Shown: in pieces, positions 38,801 through 51,966 of the stretch
Numbering within the stretch: the stretch's first letter is position 1
Layout: every line of letters begins with the position of its first letter
Assembly: GCA_023920165.1 (NCBI GenBank)
Contig: CP089279.1
Coordinates: 1,674,001-1,738,000, forward strand
From: Curvularia clavata
Taxonomy: Eukaryota
Direction of reading: 5' to 3'
Length of the DNA stretch: 64,000 nucleotides
Notes under the pieces: model-generated
Databases searched by the model: none
The model's input: the letters and a program-made list of their open reading frames with translations, nothing else
Told to the model about the DNA's origin: nothing
Translations under genes and position numbers: made by a program

Positions 38801-41800
38801 GTGTAGTCGACACCCACGATGCGCGCAATTATTTCCACGCTGCGGTGGTCTGCGTGACTCCAATATTGTTAGGTTATATGCCATGCCAATGCCACGGAAT
38901 GCATTCTTGCCTAGGGGCTTGAAAGAAAATCAACTCGTCAATCGCAGCAAGGTGCTCAGCTTTGCTATCCTACTAGAACATCTCAGTTCCATTACATGCA
39001 AAGCGGATGTGGTTGTTTCCTTTTTGATGCACCAAACTCGCAATCGGCGAGGAGGAATCCGTTTCTTGACGATGCAGTTGAGATCTGCACCGCACTGGTC
39101 TGTTCTTATCATGGCCCTAGAAGCGACCCTCAAGGGTGGTGGAGGGGAAAGGGTGTGGCATGAATTGGCGCTGAGGCGGAAAAGGAGTATTGGCTAAATG
39201 GGCAAACCTGGCTGTTACTTGCTCGCGAACATGCAACCGCGCCATCGTTGTCGTATCGCAACAACCCGGGTGTATTAATGTACGCTTTTCGTGCTAGTGG
39301 CTTGTCGTGCGGGTATGCTTGCTTCTGGGGTGTTTTGGGTAGATCTGGTGGGCTAGCACAATAAGCAGCAGAAGCAATATGGGGCCAGGCTCCTCAGGCA
39401 GCCACGGCGCTGGCGAGGGATTCCAGTCTGTGACAAAAGCATGGCGCCATCATGAACGCAGCAAAATCTCCGCGCCCGCAGCCACCTGTTGGGGCGCTGC
39501 CAAGACGAGGCTTCCTCCCTGTACCAATCCCACGCATGTATTGCCCTATCGAGGATACAGCAAAATAGATTGCATGGCTGGGGCTCTGTTACGAGGAGTC
39601 CGCCCTGAAGGCTTTGGAGGATTATGCTCAGAGTGATGGCGTGGTACAAGAGAGTCAACCCAGCTCTGGGCTACCCTTACCACCGCCACCCACACACAGC
39701 GTGTGGGACGCCCAACCATCACACGGCGCTTGGCTGCTTGTCCACAGCCATCCGCCACGGCAAGCTGCGCCTCTAATCTAGGCTATACGATGTCAGCGGA
39801 GCGGGAGCAACAGTCTTACCATGCAGATCCGAATACATTAACAACGGCTCCGCCTCGCAACCCCAAGATCTGGAAACTCTGTCCCTCTTAGCTGCTTAGA
39901 TACACTGTAGTATCCCCTCCCCCTTCCCCTCCGCATTACTTTCCGGGAGAAAATGCAGGCGGCTAATGCGGGCGATCGACAGACCCCGCGTGGGCAAGAC
40001 ATGCAAGTGGTCGCAAAGCGCCGTTGTCTGACAGGTAGCGCATGACGATATAATAGAGAAAGAATACGACTCTTTACTTGATCCATACTTTGCCTGCACT
40101 TGCTGCTGGCGAAATAAGGGACAAGCATTTCAACTGCCCACTTATCGCCCCACCGTGAGTCGTCGATTGTCGAAGCAACCGAGTAGCATGCCTGAACCTT
40201 AGATGTACGGCCGGCTGCCAGCAGCTGGAAGAAACGGGAAGCCGCATAAAGCAGTTCGCACCCCCCGCTTGTTCGCTTCGCAGACCATGCCACACTCAAG
40301 AAGAACCCTTCCCATCGTCACCAACACCGTTGCCGAAGTTCTCCTGAATTCTGTACAATGCAGTTGTGCTGTGAAACTGCTGGCTTAGGGGCACGGGGAG
40401 GGCCGGCAAGATCTCGGGGCAACCCTGCGGCCAGAGGTGGGACCACATTCTCCTCCTTGTGGCATTGCCCGGGCCCGGGGTTCGAAATGGGCTGCATTAG
40501 CAACCATGCAGGCTGGCTGCACTAAGAAAAGCAAAACCCCCTCCCCCAAGCGCCCAGCCTCGGTGGCTGCGGCACTTTCGCTACGGCCTTGTTGTTGCGT
40601 GGCACGCCTATAGCCGCTTGGTTCCCGATCTGATTGCAGAGAGGCTTTGGGACGACAACGTCATGGTGCACTGCAACAGTCGTGGAAGATGTGTCTGTCT
40701 AACCAAGCTCCTGGTCAGTCGTGTTATGAAGCAATGTGGAAAGTTCTAGTGATTTTTCTCTTGTGATTGTCAATCGCAGCGATAGAAATGCCGGGCCGCA
40801 GTTTTGCTGATGGCAGGACCCAGTGATTCTCCAAAGCCGCCTACCCCACCAAGGCACCCTCTCAAAACCCAGCCACCACGATATTCGACTCGATCTCTGT
40901 GCATGAGTGCGAGATCGAAGCTTGCTTGTTTGTTTTTGTATGCCTTCCAAACTGTCAAGTTTCAACCCCACCACGGGACTAGCCACTTTCTCTTCAAAAA
41001 CAAAAACAACCACTTTGCAGTTTGATCGCGTTACTAGCTCGTAGTAACCACGCTAAGTTCGCGATACAAAGCTGTTACTAGTTTCTGTACAGGTAAGGAC
41101 AGAAAAGTCAAAAGAACTCCGTTGCGAGCCGTAAAGATTGCTCACGGAATCCAATCAAACATCAGGGTTCACCAATAATCTCACGACTCGAGATATGCCG
41201 CGCTAGCTATCCGTACCTGCCGCCCAATATTTCCACTAGTGAAATCAAACCGTTGAGATGACACGCCGTTGACCACTTTTTTCCTTCTCTCTTAGTGCTG
41301 ACACAGGCTGTGCTTGTTCCCCGAAACCTTAAGCTTCGCCCTCTTTGTTGACACAAACATTCCTGCTCTTTTCAGGACACGCGTTTTTCCTTATCTGTTT
41401 GATCTTTTGGAAAGTAAAACGAGTCATGCACGTGACCATTGTATGGACCCGTGCGTTCCAAGATATGCAACTCTCAGGGCCTAAATCCTCGTCACTCAGG
41501 GTTACGCTGGACTCCAGACCTTTTGCATAAACTGAAGCTTCACCTCAAATCTCGTATCTGCCTGTCATTGCGTGTGCCATATCTGTCTAGCTGCCCAGGG
41601 CTCATTGAGCAAACATGTTCATCACGGCCTCTATATTCATATGAAGGAAATAGTAGTACCTCCAACTATGGTCATCACGATGATCACACAGGTGTGGGGA
41701 GCACCCTTCTTTCTTGTTCCAGGTCTCCCTCCTCGATATTTTCCCACAACGGGTCGCATGGTTCATTGTTATTAAGAATCTTGTCAAGCATGTGCAGATC

Positions 41801-42389
41801 CTGAAACGCATGAAACGTAAGATACTTTGACATTGATCGCAATAACCGCATAACTAAGCAATTAAGACAGTTAAGATACAATCATGTTGTCTGTACACAA
41901 GCGTCGCTAATTGGATCTCGCGGACTATGAACCGATCCTTGATCCTGAGGGGAGTAGAGAGGCTTAGGGAAGAAAAATACAAAATAAAAAGACGTAGACC
42001 ACCGGGGTATATTGTGTGTTTGCTTTGGGCTCGGCCCTTTCTTCTTCATACCCACCTTTATCCACCTGACCATACCCACCCCAAATAAGGAATTCCACGA
42101 ATCCTACCTGAAAGAAAAAAAAAAACGAAAGATACAAATCGAATTTTTAGCCCCGTTAGGGAGCTGTACATGGGAAGTGGGAAGAAAATACAAAAACCAG
42201 ATTTTATCCATTGTTCGCATCGGACCGAAGACAAACTCGGACCGTTTTGTCGGTGTGCTTGTATGTAGCGCATCCATCGCCGATCGGGAAGAGACCTGGT
42301 GCACACGTTTGCACCCATTCCCAGGACACATGCCCAGTGACGGCTACGACGATGACAGGCTTGTGTCGGCCGTGGAGATTTTTTTTTAG

Positions 42390-42430
42390 TGCCTGGTGCC
42401 TGATGCCTGGTGCCTGGTGCCTGGTTGCCT
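42390..42430 (+). repeat. Heptamer tandem repeat (TGCCTGG)x5 plus a partial copy
   Basis: TGCCTGG TGCCTGA TGCCTGG TGCCTGG TGCCTGG TTGCCT, directly after a poly-T run. Confidence 0.85.
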
Positions 42431-45400
42431 TGTCCTGAATACCGCGGATTCAACCAAGTCATTCCGGAAATATCCCTCCCTTTGAGACTCCGGTCCCCGC
42501 GTGCACGCGTACTCTCCGTCCATCCCTTCCGTTCTATCCGTCCTCCGTCGCGGAGTCCCTGGTCATGCTCCCAGACCGCACACTCCAGTCCCCGCATCTC
42601 TTTCCTTCCGACTCTCATGTGAATGGGCTTTTCTAGTTGTTGCTATTGTCGTAACTGTTGTTTTGTCTTACTTGCTGACCTTCTTCCACATGCATCCTGT
42701 ACACATTCCTTGGCTTCTGTTGTTGACTTTATGCTCCCTTTGCGTCTCTGGACACGGGTGTCCCAATCGTAGCTTCTCGGCCTCTTCACAGATGCGTAGT
42801 ATGGGTCCGTTGTTGGGCTGCGGTTGGGGAATCCAGTGGTTGCACACGTGTATTGTGTAGACAATGTAACACATGTTCGGATCGATTGTCTGTCTTCGCA
42901 AGCTGGATTATCCTGATGTCCAGAAGCGAAACGAGGGTCGGCAAACAATATAGTAGGTAAGGGCTATATTGAATGCCGTTTATGAGAGCCTTTCAGTTTG
43001 ATTATACCGCTACTTTCTGGTGTAGAGCAGGTGGCGTTCTCTGAGGTACTCTCTTCTTGCAATGACCCGCGGGTATGTAATCGACGAGAGCCTATGGTGG
43101 CTGAATGGATCCTTCTGATACGCTCCGACACACGCAGTCTCCTGTTCTTTCGTAACCAATCTTTCAAGCCCCTCTCAACATTACTGGAGCGACACCCCAA
43201 CACCAAGCGACAAGACAGAACCAGACGCACGAGTAACTCCGAGGCACAATTGAAATGCAAGAAGGTCGATTGGAAGGTGGTTAGATTTGGCGAACCTCCG
43301 TAGTTATGTATGTCCTCGTCACGAGGCTCCCAAGGACGCCACAGTCCAGTGACGGTAATGACGTTAACGAAGCAATACGATAAAAAAGTAACTTTCCTAC
43401 CCCGGAAAGCTGTTAGGGATCAATGGCGAGACAGAAAAAGCAGAGTACAAGAGGCTCAAGAAGGGCTAGGAGCAAAAAAGAGAAGAAGACGGTGAAGGGA
43501 AGAGCAGCATCGGTAGTAGTGGAGCAGGAGGACGTAAGAAGTACATAAGCTGGCTTGCTTTTCCATCCCTCCCCCACCCGTGACAAGAAGATTCGACAGC
43601 CATCATTATGGTGACTAGTCGTTGCAATGAGTCGGGCAATAGAGGAAAGGTAAAAGAAAAAGCAAAGCCACTTGGAACGCAGGTGCTGAACGCACGGGCC
43701 AGCTTCGTAACCTCCATCTTGCATTTTTTGCTCACACCCTTACAACGTATGTGACAGCCGCACCAAGCTATCCCTTCTTTTTTATCAACTTAGCTTACGA
43801 AAGACGAAATTGCTGCCAATGACGAAATGATAAGAACATGGGGGGTAGGTTGATTTATCAACAGTGTGTGTAGGAAAATTATTTTTTATTCTTTTTTTCT
43901 CTGAGAAACGTGGGCGTGACCAAGGACCCGTCACGTTGGTTCGGGGGGACATGACTAGGCGCAGGTGGTGTGGTAGGGGGCGTATCTGCTTCCGAATTGT
44001 GGCTTAGTATTGGTGTTGATGAACTTTTCTTTTTTCAGCTTTGGTCGCGGATGCCGAGGTTGCGCATATATCGATACTTTGTTGTTTGTGGTGCTAGCAT
44101 GACGTGCGACTCGTTGCGAGCGGCATGTTTTGACTTTGGCCAAGATGTGCGGGATAAAAGGGGGAGCAAAGAACGTGTCGCGTACTAAGTAGCTATGGTT
44201 CGCGCTAGTCTTGCAAAGGCAATGCACGGTGATCCTCTGTCCGCTTTCACCAACTTCGCTCACCACCTCTCTACCGTCACTATACTCGACTGACTGTCTC
44301 TGCTACCCACTCACACCGCTGGGTGGTACCCCGTGATCCGATTGTGACATGGGCGGCCGGATTCGCAATCGTAATCCAATATTCAGCTCTCTAGTTTCTG
44401 AAATCAGGGCTCACCCTGTCACACACGGCTTGACCTTGGCGGCGGGTCGAGCCCGAGTCTTCCTTCGAGAAGATACTACTGCACCGGGAAGCATTGCATC
44501 GATGTCTGAGCTAGCAAATAGGCTGAACTCATCACTCGACGCCTCAACACTATTTATTCAATTGAAGCTATAATAGTGCTGAAATACATATACGCCAATA
44601 TAGTTCAACAGGGGTTCAACAGCACGATCGTGTCACTTTTCTTTACGCGAGGCTGATATATGCCCCCATCTTTCAGTCTCAGATCTCCTTGTACGGCTGA
44701 GCGACTGCCGGGGTGCAAGCCCAGCGTATACGTGGGAAAGAAAATCCTATCCGTTGAGAGTCCAACGATATTGACTCGCATCTCAAAGTCAAGGTGTAAC
44801 CATTTTCGTCCCAAGAATGAAACAGCGCCCGTTACTTGGCCTATCATACCGTCACCCTTTTATCTGGCACAAATTCTGCACTGCGAAATCGTTAGACCAT
44901 CCGCTCCATAGCACAACTCCAATTTGCTGTTCGAGCCTGAGTGCGACACACACGGCATCAGTCTTAAGTCATGGAAGCGGAGGACCATCTTGCCTACAGA
45001 CCCGCTCGTACGATGACAGATCCACTCCCAACAGCACCGAGTGATCTCCACATATCTCGAAACTTGAATATGTATGTGTCTATGCACATGCCCAAATGCA
45101 CCTATACGAGGATCAACAAAGGTGACTTCGCCGACAAGTACGCGAGGCTCGCCGAACAAGTATCACATAGGTACTGGTCGGCATACTTCGCCGAACACCA
45201 ACCGCCATATCTAGTATCCTGTAAAGAAGGCAGGGGTCCACTCTAATTCCCGATGTGAAGGACAAAGCCGTTGCGCAGGGCAAGACAGGGCAGCCCTGCA
45301 AGTAGGAGACCCTTTGTGTCGGTTATGAGGACGTCTTGAAGAATCTAAAAGAACGCGAAGCTGTCCTTGCCCACATACCCTGCAGTGGCCATTGTTCCTC

Positions 45401-46606
45401 TTTACCATTCGTCTCATCGATACGACACTCTATTTATATCTAAGGATGTGAAAACTTTCAGGAGCGCTTGGTTAATACGGACTACCTATGCTCTATTACC
45501 ACTGTAACCGAACGTTACGATGTGCTCATGCAACGCAAGTCTCTTATCTGAGCCATACTAAAATGATGTAAAACACTAAAGAAATTTTAAACTTCAACAT
45601 CCCCTTGGAGTCACATCACAACCTGACTCAAGACATTTCAAACCGTACACCGTGAACTTAATCGTTTATACAGCCGAGCTGTCCCGCCAAATTCGACACT
45701 TTTTTTTTTCATACCACATCTACCGTTTTGCAAAGAGCAAAGAGTCAAGAATGGAACTTTATTCATCTTCCTAGTGATAGCTAGCACACAATGTCGGATT
45801 TTGCTCGAACCTAGGCCGATTGCTATTTCAAACTGCTTTCGACTCGAACACATCTGACAACGGTCACGTACGGTCTCTCAGTCTGAGTGCAGATGCAGGA
45901 ACGAAAGACTAAGTGATCAAGGTACATTAAGAATCAAGATGATGTGATCGTAACAGCAATATTTCCGAACGACATAGTCGCAGTAAGAAAGACCCCACGA
46001 CGATTTTAACAGTGTCGTCTATGATTCGTACTAGGCTCGCTTGATGCTGCAATCGACACATGTCTTCGAGGAGTATCTTAACCATTAAAATTTGGACACA
46101 AGTCACTTTCGTTCATTCGTTCTGTTTGTAGCAACGAATAACGATCAAAAAGCGTCTACAGTTCTTCGACAGAGTGTGCACATTCAAACTCATTTCAGCA
46201 CGTCGTCACATCATCAGCTAAAAGTGAATTCAACCCATTATCTCCACAAAATACTCAGCATGTGCAAGCACAGACAACAAAGCCACCAATTAATCTACAA
46301 GATGAATGATAGACGGAACATGGACACATCATACTATCCCCTTTGGTAGGACAACAAACCAGAAGCCGAGACAAGAACAGAATAAGATGTAAGAAAAAAG
46401 ACAACACGCAACGCCCTTGGGTCGATGGCTCGCTCGACCTCTGTCTCCATGCCCTGGTATAGCCTGAATCGTTTCTTCTCTCCCGAAAATAATAATAACA
46501 ACAAAGCCATTCAAGATGTAAACGCCGCCCCAATGCTTTCCACTTCTGTTTGATAATACAATGTTACACCTTCTTTTACACACACGACATGATTCGGTGA
46601 AGGACG

Positions 46607-47919
46607 TTATTCCGGCGATGCAGCGCTGGCCGGCTCAACGCTAGCACTCATTCTGTTTCTGTCTTTGCCACCCAAGCTCAGTTTGATCTTTTTCTTCTTC
46701 GGTGAGTCGCCACCCTCGTCTGCATCTCTGTCCCTCTTTCCTTCGCTCCTCTCGCTGTTCTCGCTATGCTTTCGATCGAGCTCTGGTCTGCTGCCAGTCT
46801 TGAGCTTGACTTTCAGAGTACCACTGCCACCATTGATAGAACGATCTCGATCGGCTTTCTTGATGTAGGAGCTTTTCTTCTTGATTTTGCGGCGTTCGGG
46901 CGTATCGTTGTCTATACCGAGTTCGTCTGCGTCGCCGTCGTCACCAGGGGCGAGCTTCTTGGTAGGCGAAATGCCTTTGGATTTGCTGCTGATTTTGGGG
47001 ACTGGGGCGTCCTGTGAGCCGGGAGCAGGTGTGCCCATTCGACTACCAAGTGGCGTGTTGCCGACACCGGAGCCCGAGCCATTTTGACCCGCGAGTTTTG
47101 CCATGGCGTTCCGTGAGCTCTGTCGTCCGCTAATACCGAGGCATTTCTCCAAGTGTTGCGCAAATCGGGTAATGAGCAGACTGCGCTTGCAGTTTGGACA
47201 AGTGTGCCATGGAATGTACGAGGCTGGTTTGCCACCGGTATTGAGCTTAATCTCTTTGGTATCGCCACCAGCCATATCTGTGTCTTGCGAGCCCGGTGTA
47301 CCGACACTCTCCTTTTCGGCGTTCTTCTGCTGCTGTTTGATGAGTTCGCGCTCTTTCTTGCTCTTGGCCATATCGGTCGGGAACGGGTTGCCATAGACAT
47401 CATGGCCAGATCTCTGTACCCAGGGGTAGAGCATGCAGTACTCCTTGGTCAGGTCAGGGTTCTGCATGCCCTTGCCCATGATGGGATACATCAGGCGTGG
47501 CAGCTTGCAGTGCGGACATATGATCTCGGGCGTCGTCTTGAGCGGGTTTCCCTTCAGAAACACGCGTCCGTTCTCATATTTAGCTGCTGAGGTCTCGGCG
47601 ATGGGTATTGTCGTGGCGCCATTAGTGTTTTGCTTCTGCGACTGCGGCTCGAGGTTGGAGAGGGCGATTGACTCTGCCTGCGTGGCAGCCGACTGCATGC
47701 GGAGCAGTTTCTCGGAGCGATGGCATGATAGGGCAGTGCTATAGACGATGTTGCTCAGCAAGTCGTCGAGGATATCCGTCGTCTGTAGCCGTGTTAGCAA
47801 GGCGCATGTCTGCGAGGCGCATAGCCGAGGAGTACCAGTTCTGTCAGCGCGTCCGACGGCAGCCCGACGGCAGAGTCGACGCCCTCAGCCTGATCGCCGG
47901 CCGGTCGGTCCTCAGACAT
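46607..47919 (-). CDS. SGF11: SAGA deubiquitination-module subunit Sgf11
   Basis: Exon 47919-47836 (MSEDRPAG...LTEL), intron 47835-47783, exon 47782-46607. N-terminal ILDDLLSNIV helix and Sgf11 zinc finger CPNCKRSLLITRFAQHLEKCLG. Confidence 0.88.
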
Positions 47920-48242
47920 GTCGCTCTCTCTGGCTCTCTGGCTCTGCGTGCCGTCGGCGATGCTTGTTGGGGAGCGTGGAGAGACGGGTGATAGGACGGC
48001 TCATGCACTGAGACGTTAGCGTTAGTCGCGGGAACCCATCGCACCCCTGTCCTCGGGACCGATCTAGCGCGATGCAGCCCATGGCCAATCTGCGACGGAC
48101 CTACCCCACCCTACATTTATAGACATATGTACACACACACGACCAGCATGGACAGCGCACGCGTGCAGATGGTTCACTATATTCGCAACGTGCTACCAGG
48201 GGTATCAATTGTTAGCCATCTATCTTGACTAACTGCTCTCCT

Positions 48243-50801
48243 TCATCTCACTTCCCACTTCGCCAATCGGCCAACGGTGCTACCGGCCTGTCTTACAATG
48301 CACACACCGTCTGGCTTGGACATGCTCTGCCCAGGCACAAGGCTTTGTATCTTGTGCACAGCTAGGTTGGCGACAGCGGTCGGCATGCCCTCTGCAAGAT
48401 TGTAATTGCCTGTTGTGACAAAACCAATCAGATCTGTCTCATCGGGGACAAGCGGATAGCCGTCCTCGCCAGCTTTAGGTAAGACGCCCTCTAACCTTGG
48501 AGGCTCTACTTGTAGTAATCGCCTAGCAAGCTGCCTTTTTTGATCGACATCAGATCTGACATGCCCGGGCTGACATCCCTTGGTGATGGTCCTGGGTTTG
48601 GATTCTGGCTGTGGCATCAGCGACATCCATTTGCTTCGAAGATCCGGATCTGCCGGCAACCGGTAGATGCGGGCACAGTCTGTAGGAGTGCCACGCTGGA
48701 CCATGGTGATCTTCGCAGCGAAAACACAGGATGATAACAAACCGCTATCAGCCGGAAGACGCCCATCTATTAGGTCCTTAGCCTGGCTAGATGATAGCTG
48801 GCGCAAGGGATTGTGCCGTAGCTCTAACCTCCCATGTGGAAGGTCTGAACTGCTGTTTCCGACAGAGAAGAGTCGCTTCCACTCACAAGCCCATGGGTCT
48901 CCAACCTCACCTTTTCTGCCGTTGCCAAGTTCGATAGTGGACCACTCTATTCTTTTGCCCTTTGGACGCTTTGTCCATTCGAGCTTCCTCACCTCCTGCT
49001 CATGTATTTCCCAGGCCCGGCCTGCATCTGTGCCCGGGAAATCATAGGGGAAGTGTGGCACCGATCGCTCAAAGTTCACCTGGCGACGTTCTTTCAAGCC
49101 GCCAAACCGTGGATTTCCACCTGTCGAGACAGGGTAGCGCATCATCTGCCGCCATACTGGCATGACACATTTCCACGGGAGCAGTATCGTCCAAGACCTG
49201 CTCTCTCGTGACGTGAATACGAGTGTCGGTATTTTTGGGTCTGTCGGCCGCGCCTCGGGGTCTTCGCCAAGCGTGCACGCGCTTTTTCGGCGATTGACTG
49301 ACTTTTGGGATGGCATGGTTCGCTGCGCGGCCAAACGTGCGTTCGTGTCGAATATTGCCGCGGCCCTTTGCGTAGTGTCGACAGGCCAGGATGCAAGCGT
49401 CTCGGTAAGAAGAGCCAGAGATTGTTGGTCTTGTACTATTGGTGACGTCGAAGGGGGATCGCGGAGTCGGGGATCTGTGATGTCAAATGCCAACAACGCG
49501 CCTGCTGGCAGCGAAGCAACATCTGTGACCGAGGCTAGCGACAACCATACAGACTGTAGAGAAACAGCCTTTGTGTCAGAAGGGGGCGTAGGTCGGAGTA
49601 TAGAACAGAGTGTTTCTGCAGCGGCAGGACCCATGATCTCGATAGAGCCAACCTCGAAGCGGGCATCTTGGACAGTGACAACTGGCTTCTGTACTTTGGC
49701 AATCCTGATGACCTCATCCCAGAGTTGTAGAAAAGCACTCGGGTGCACGCGAATAAAGGCTTTCCTCTTATCTTTCTCCGCCTCGGATGCACACCATATG
49801 ACTGTGACATTGGCAATCTTCTTCAGCGGCCTCGCTTCTCTTTCAAAGATCCAGCCTTCCCAGACCCTAGTACCACTCTTCCACTTCTTCGCTCTTCCCT
49901 TGTTCTGCCACGGGTCTTGTACGCCTTCTGCACCAAAGTGTAGTCCCTTCAGGAGGCCTGTCAAGCTGGCGTCAGGACCCTCGAGACTGATGGTGGACAC
50001 GTAGCTCATGTCCCAGGCCACCGCTCCTCGCTGAGTTGCAGCTCGGTGAGTGAGACGGTATGCTTTGGCGGCTGGTTGCAGAGGGATGGCGAAGTGCCAG
50101 AGAGGCTCTTTGGGGTCGGTCATCTTCGCACGCTTGGTATGCCATAGATGGGTAGGTAGCCAGGTCTTGTCTCGTTGCCGTCTGCGGAATCGCGAGGGGG
50201 GAGTAGCGGGCATTGCCAGCGCGGGGTATTTGCGTTTGGGTTTTGGTCGAGGCGCTGGTGTCACGACTGGTGAGGGCTGGCTGGCCATTGCTGTGTCTCC
50301 ATCCTCGTCCTTGTCACTGGGTGCCGTGGTGTTCCCTTGTTTCCTCTTCCTGGCCCGCCTCTCCCAATCTTGGCTGCTTTTCTCCCGACCCGCCTTGCGC
50401 AGGTACTTCTTCTTTCCCTTGCCCATACCGCTGCCACTGGTGCCTCTGGATATGGGGGTGTTGTCGTCCTTGGCCTCCTGTCGCGCTCTCTGTCTCAGTC
50501 GCTTAGGCACACGGTTGGGATTGTGGCTCGCAGTCCTCCTGCGCAGCTCTCTGGGGACATCCTGAAAAGCACGGCGTGAAAGACCGCCTTTGGCGGCTTT
50601 GATGGCGCCTTCGAGTGCCCTGATCTCATTTTCATGCGACTTGAGGAAGTTCTTGACATTGATCTCGCCGTTGGGGTACGCGTTGGTGGTGGGCGTAGCG
50701 GGGATGACATGCTGGGGCCTTTGAGGGAAGCGTGGGCGCTTGACGGCATTGGCGGGAGCTACGGTGGAGGGCTGCTTTCTCTTGTTCGCATTGTCGGCCA
50801 T
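48243..50801 (-). CDS. POP1: RNase P/MRP protein subunit Pop1
   Basis: Single 852-aa ORF with FQDVPRELRRRTASHN, WLPTHLWHTKRAKM, WDMSY and C-terminal LIGFVTTGNYNL motifs. Confidence 0.95.
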   Translation of the reverse strand: MADNANKRKQPSTVAPANAVKRPRFPQRPQHVIPATPTTNAYPNGEINVKNFLKSHENEIRALEGAIKAAKGGLSRRAFQDVPRELRRRTASHNPNRVPKRLRQRARQEAKDDNTPISRGTSGSGMGKGKKKYLRKAGREKSSQDWERRARKRKQGNTTAPSDKDEDGDTAMASQPSPVVTPAPRPKPKRKYPALAMPATPPSRFRRRQRDKTWLPTHLWHTKRAKMTDPKEPLWHFAIPLQPAAKAYRLTHRAATQRGAVAWDMSYVSTISLEGPDASLTGLLKGLHFGAEGVQDPWQNKGRAKKWKSGTRVWEGWIFEREARPLKKIANVTVIWCASEAEKDKRKAFIRVHPSAFLQLWDEVIRIAKVQKPVVTVQDARFEVGSIEIMGPAAAETLCSILRPTPPSDTKAVSLQSVWLSLASVTDVASLPAGALLAFDITDPRLRDPPSTSPIVQDQQSLALLTETLASWPVDTTQRAAAIFDTNARLAAQRTMPSQKSVNRRKSACTLGEDPEARPTDPKIPTLVFTSRESRSWTILLPWKCVMPVWRQMMRYPVSTGGNPRFGGLKERRQVNFERSVPHFPYDFPGTDAGRAWEIHEQEVRKLEWTKRPKGKRIEWSTIELGNGRKGEVGDPWACEWKRLFSVGNSSSDLPHGRLELRHNPLRQLSSSQAKDLIDGRLPADSGLLSSCVFAAKITMVQRGTPTDCARIYRLPADPDLRSKWMSLMPQPESKPRTITKGCQPGHVRSDVDQKRQLARRLLQVEPPRLEGVLPKAGEDGYPLVPDETDLIGFVTTGNYNLAEGMPTAVANLAVHKIQSLVPGQSMSKPDGVCIVRQAGSTVGRLAKWEVR

Positions 50802-51319
50802 GGCAACATGTCATGGGTTGCCTAGGCGTGGGTTGAGATGACGACGACCATGGCTCTGGCACCAAGGGCACAAATCTTGCAGGCGGCTCCCGACGCCAAT
50901 CGGGTAGCGCGTACTTGTCGTCACGGAAGCACGTGCCCCGCCTGGACCCCTCAGCACTGACGCGGGCGGAGTCATCCAAACATGCAGCCCAGCAACTGTC
51001 TCTGGTTTCATCCTGGCCCCCTAGTCCCATCATTAAATTATGTGCTCCATTCACAACATCCTCATTTCGCCAGACTGCGGCGAGGCTCCACTTTCTGGCC
51101 GCCCTGCTGATTACATCGTTCCCCTGCATTTGCGCGCAGCCACTGCTGTGCCCTGTTCCTCTCGTGTCTTTGACACGGCGTTGTTTTCCTGCAGCTTGTC
51201 TTGTGTGTACACAACAACTCCACCACCACCTCCACCATCCCTCTTCGCTCTGTGTATAGCATTGTTATAATACCGCCTATTGTTTCTGTACAAGCACCAC
51301 CTTCTGTACCTAGTACATA

Positions 51320-51935
51320 ATGATCAACACATACTCTACCATGTCTCCCCAAACCCTACCACGAGACCAACTGTGCAAGTCCAGCTTCAGTCCCCTTCGA
51401 TCTCCCTCGCCCAGAAAGAGATTCAACCACGAGCGCAACCAGTCCGAAGCTGTCCAGCGTCCCCGCCCCATGAGCGTTTGCAGCGACTCGCCAGCAGTTC
51501 AGCACACGAAAAGAGCCTCCATCTACGTCTCCGACGCTTCCATCATCCTTGCCCAACGCTCACCCATGGCTTCTCCTGTTTCCCCACCAGACTCCATGTC
51601 CTCCCCCATCCATGAATCATCCGATGCCGTCGACCACTATGCCATTCTGGAAATCACCCCTAGAGCTACTACCGACGAGGTCAAGGCTGCCTATCGCCGA
51701 TTACGGGTCGTGTACTTTTCCAGCGACGCAAAGAAGTACCGAGCTCTGCAGGCTGCCTTTGACGTTTTGATGGATCCGCAATCTCGCGAAGCCTACGATG
51801 CGACCTATCAGCCAAGCATAGCAGCACCAGTATCGCTCGCTAGCATTGGCGAGATCCTCGACTCGGGAAAGCTATGGCGACAGGACAGCGCACACGGAGA
51901 TGATCCAGTCATTCCAGAAGAAGAAGAAGAAGAAG

Positions 51936-51966
<31 letters not shown>

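Noticed and set aside
40468..40492. GGGTTCGAAAT tRNA-like motif
   Set aside because: No cloverleaf pairing in the flanks.
42390..42430. Heptamer array as a CRISPR-like array or PacC multimer
   Set aside because: There are no spacers, the context is eukaryotic, and the unit reads ACCAGG on the minus strand, not GCCARG.
42501..42860. 119-aa ORF with hydrophobic stretches
   Set aside because: GTG start, and the hydrophobicity follows from T-rich sequence; no recognisable family.
49162..50004. 280-aa antisense ORF within POP1 (and similar antisense ORFs in areA, SEC31, SNU66 and the sugar porter)
   Set aside because: Expected by-product of codon bias on the coding strand.
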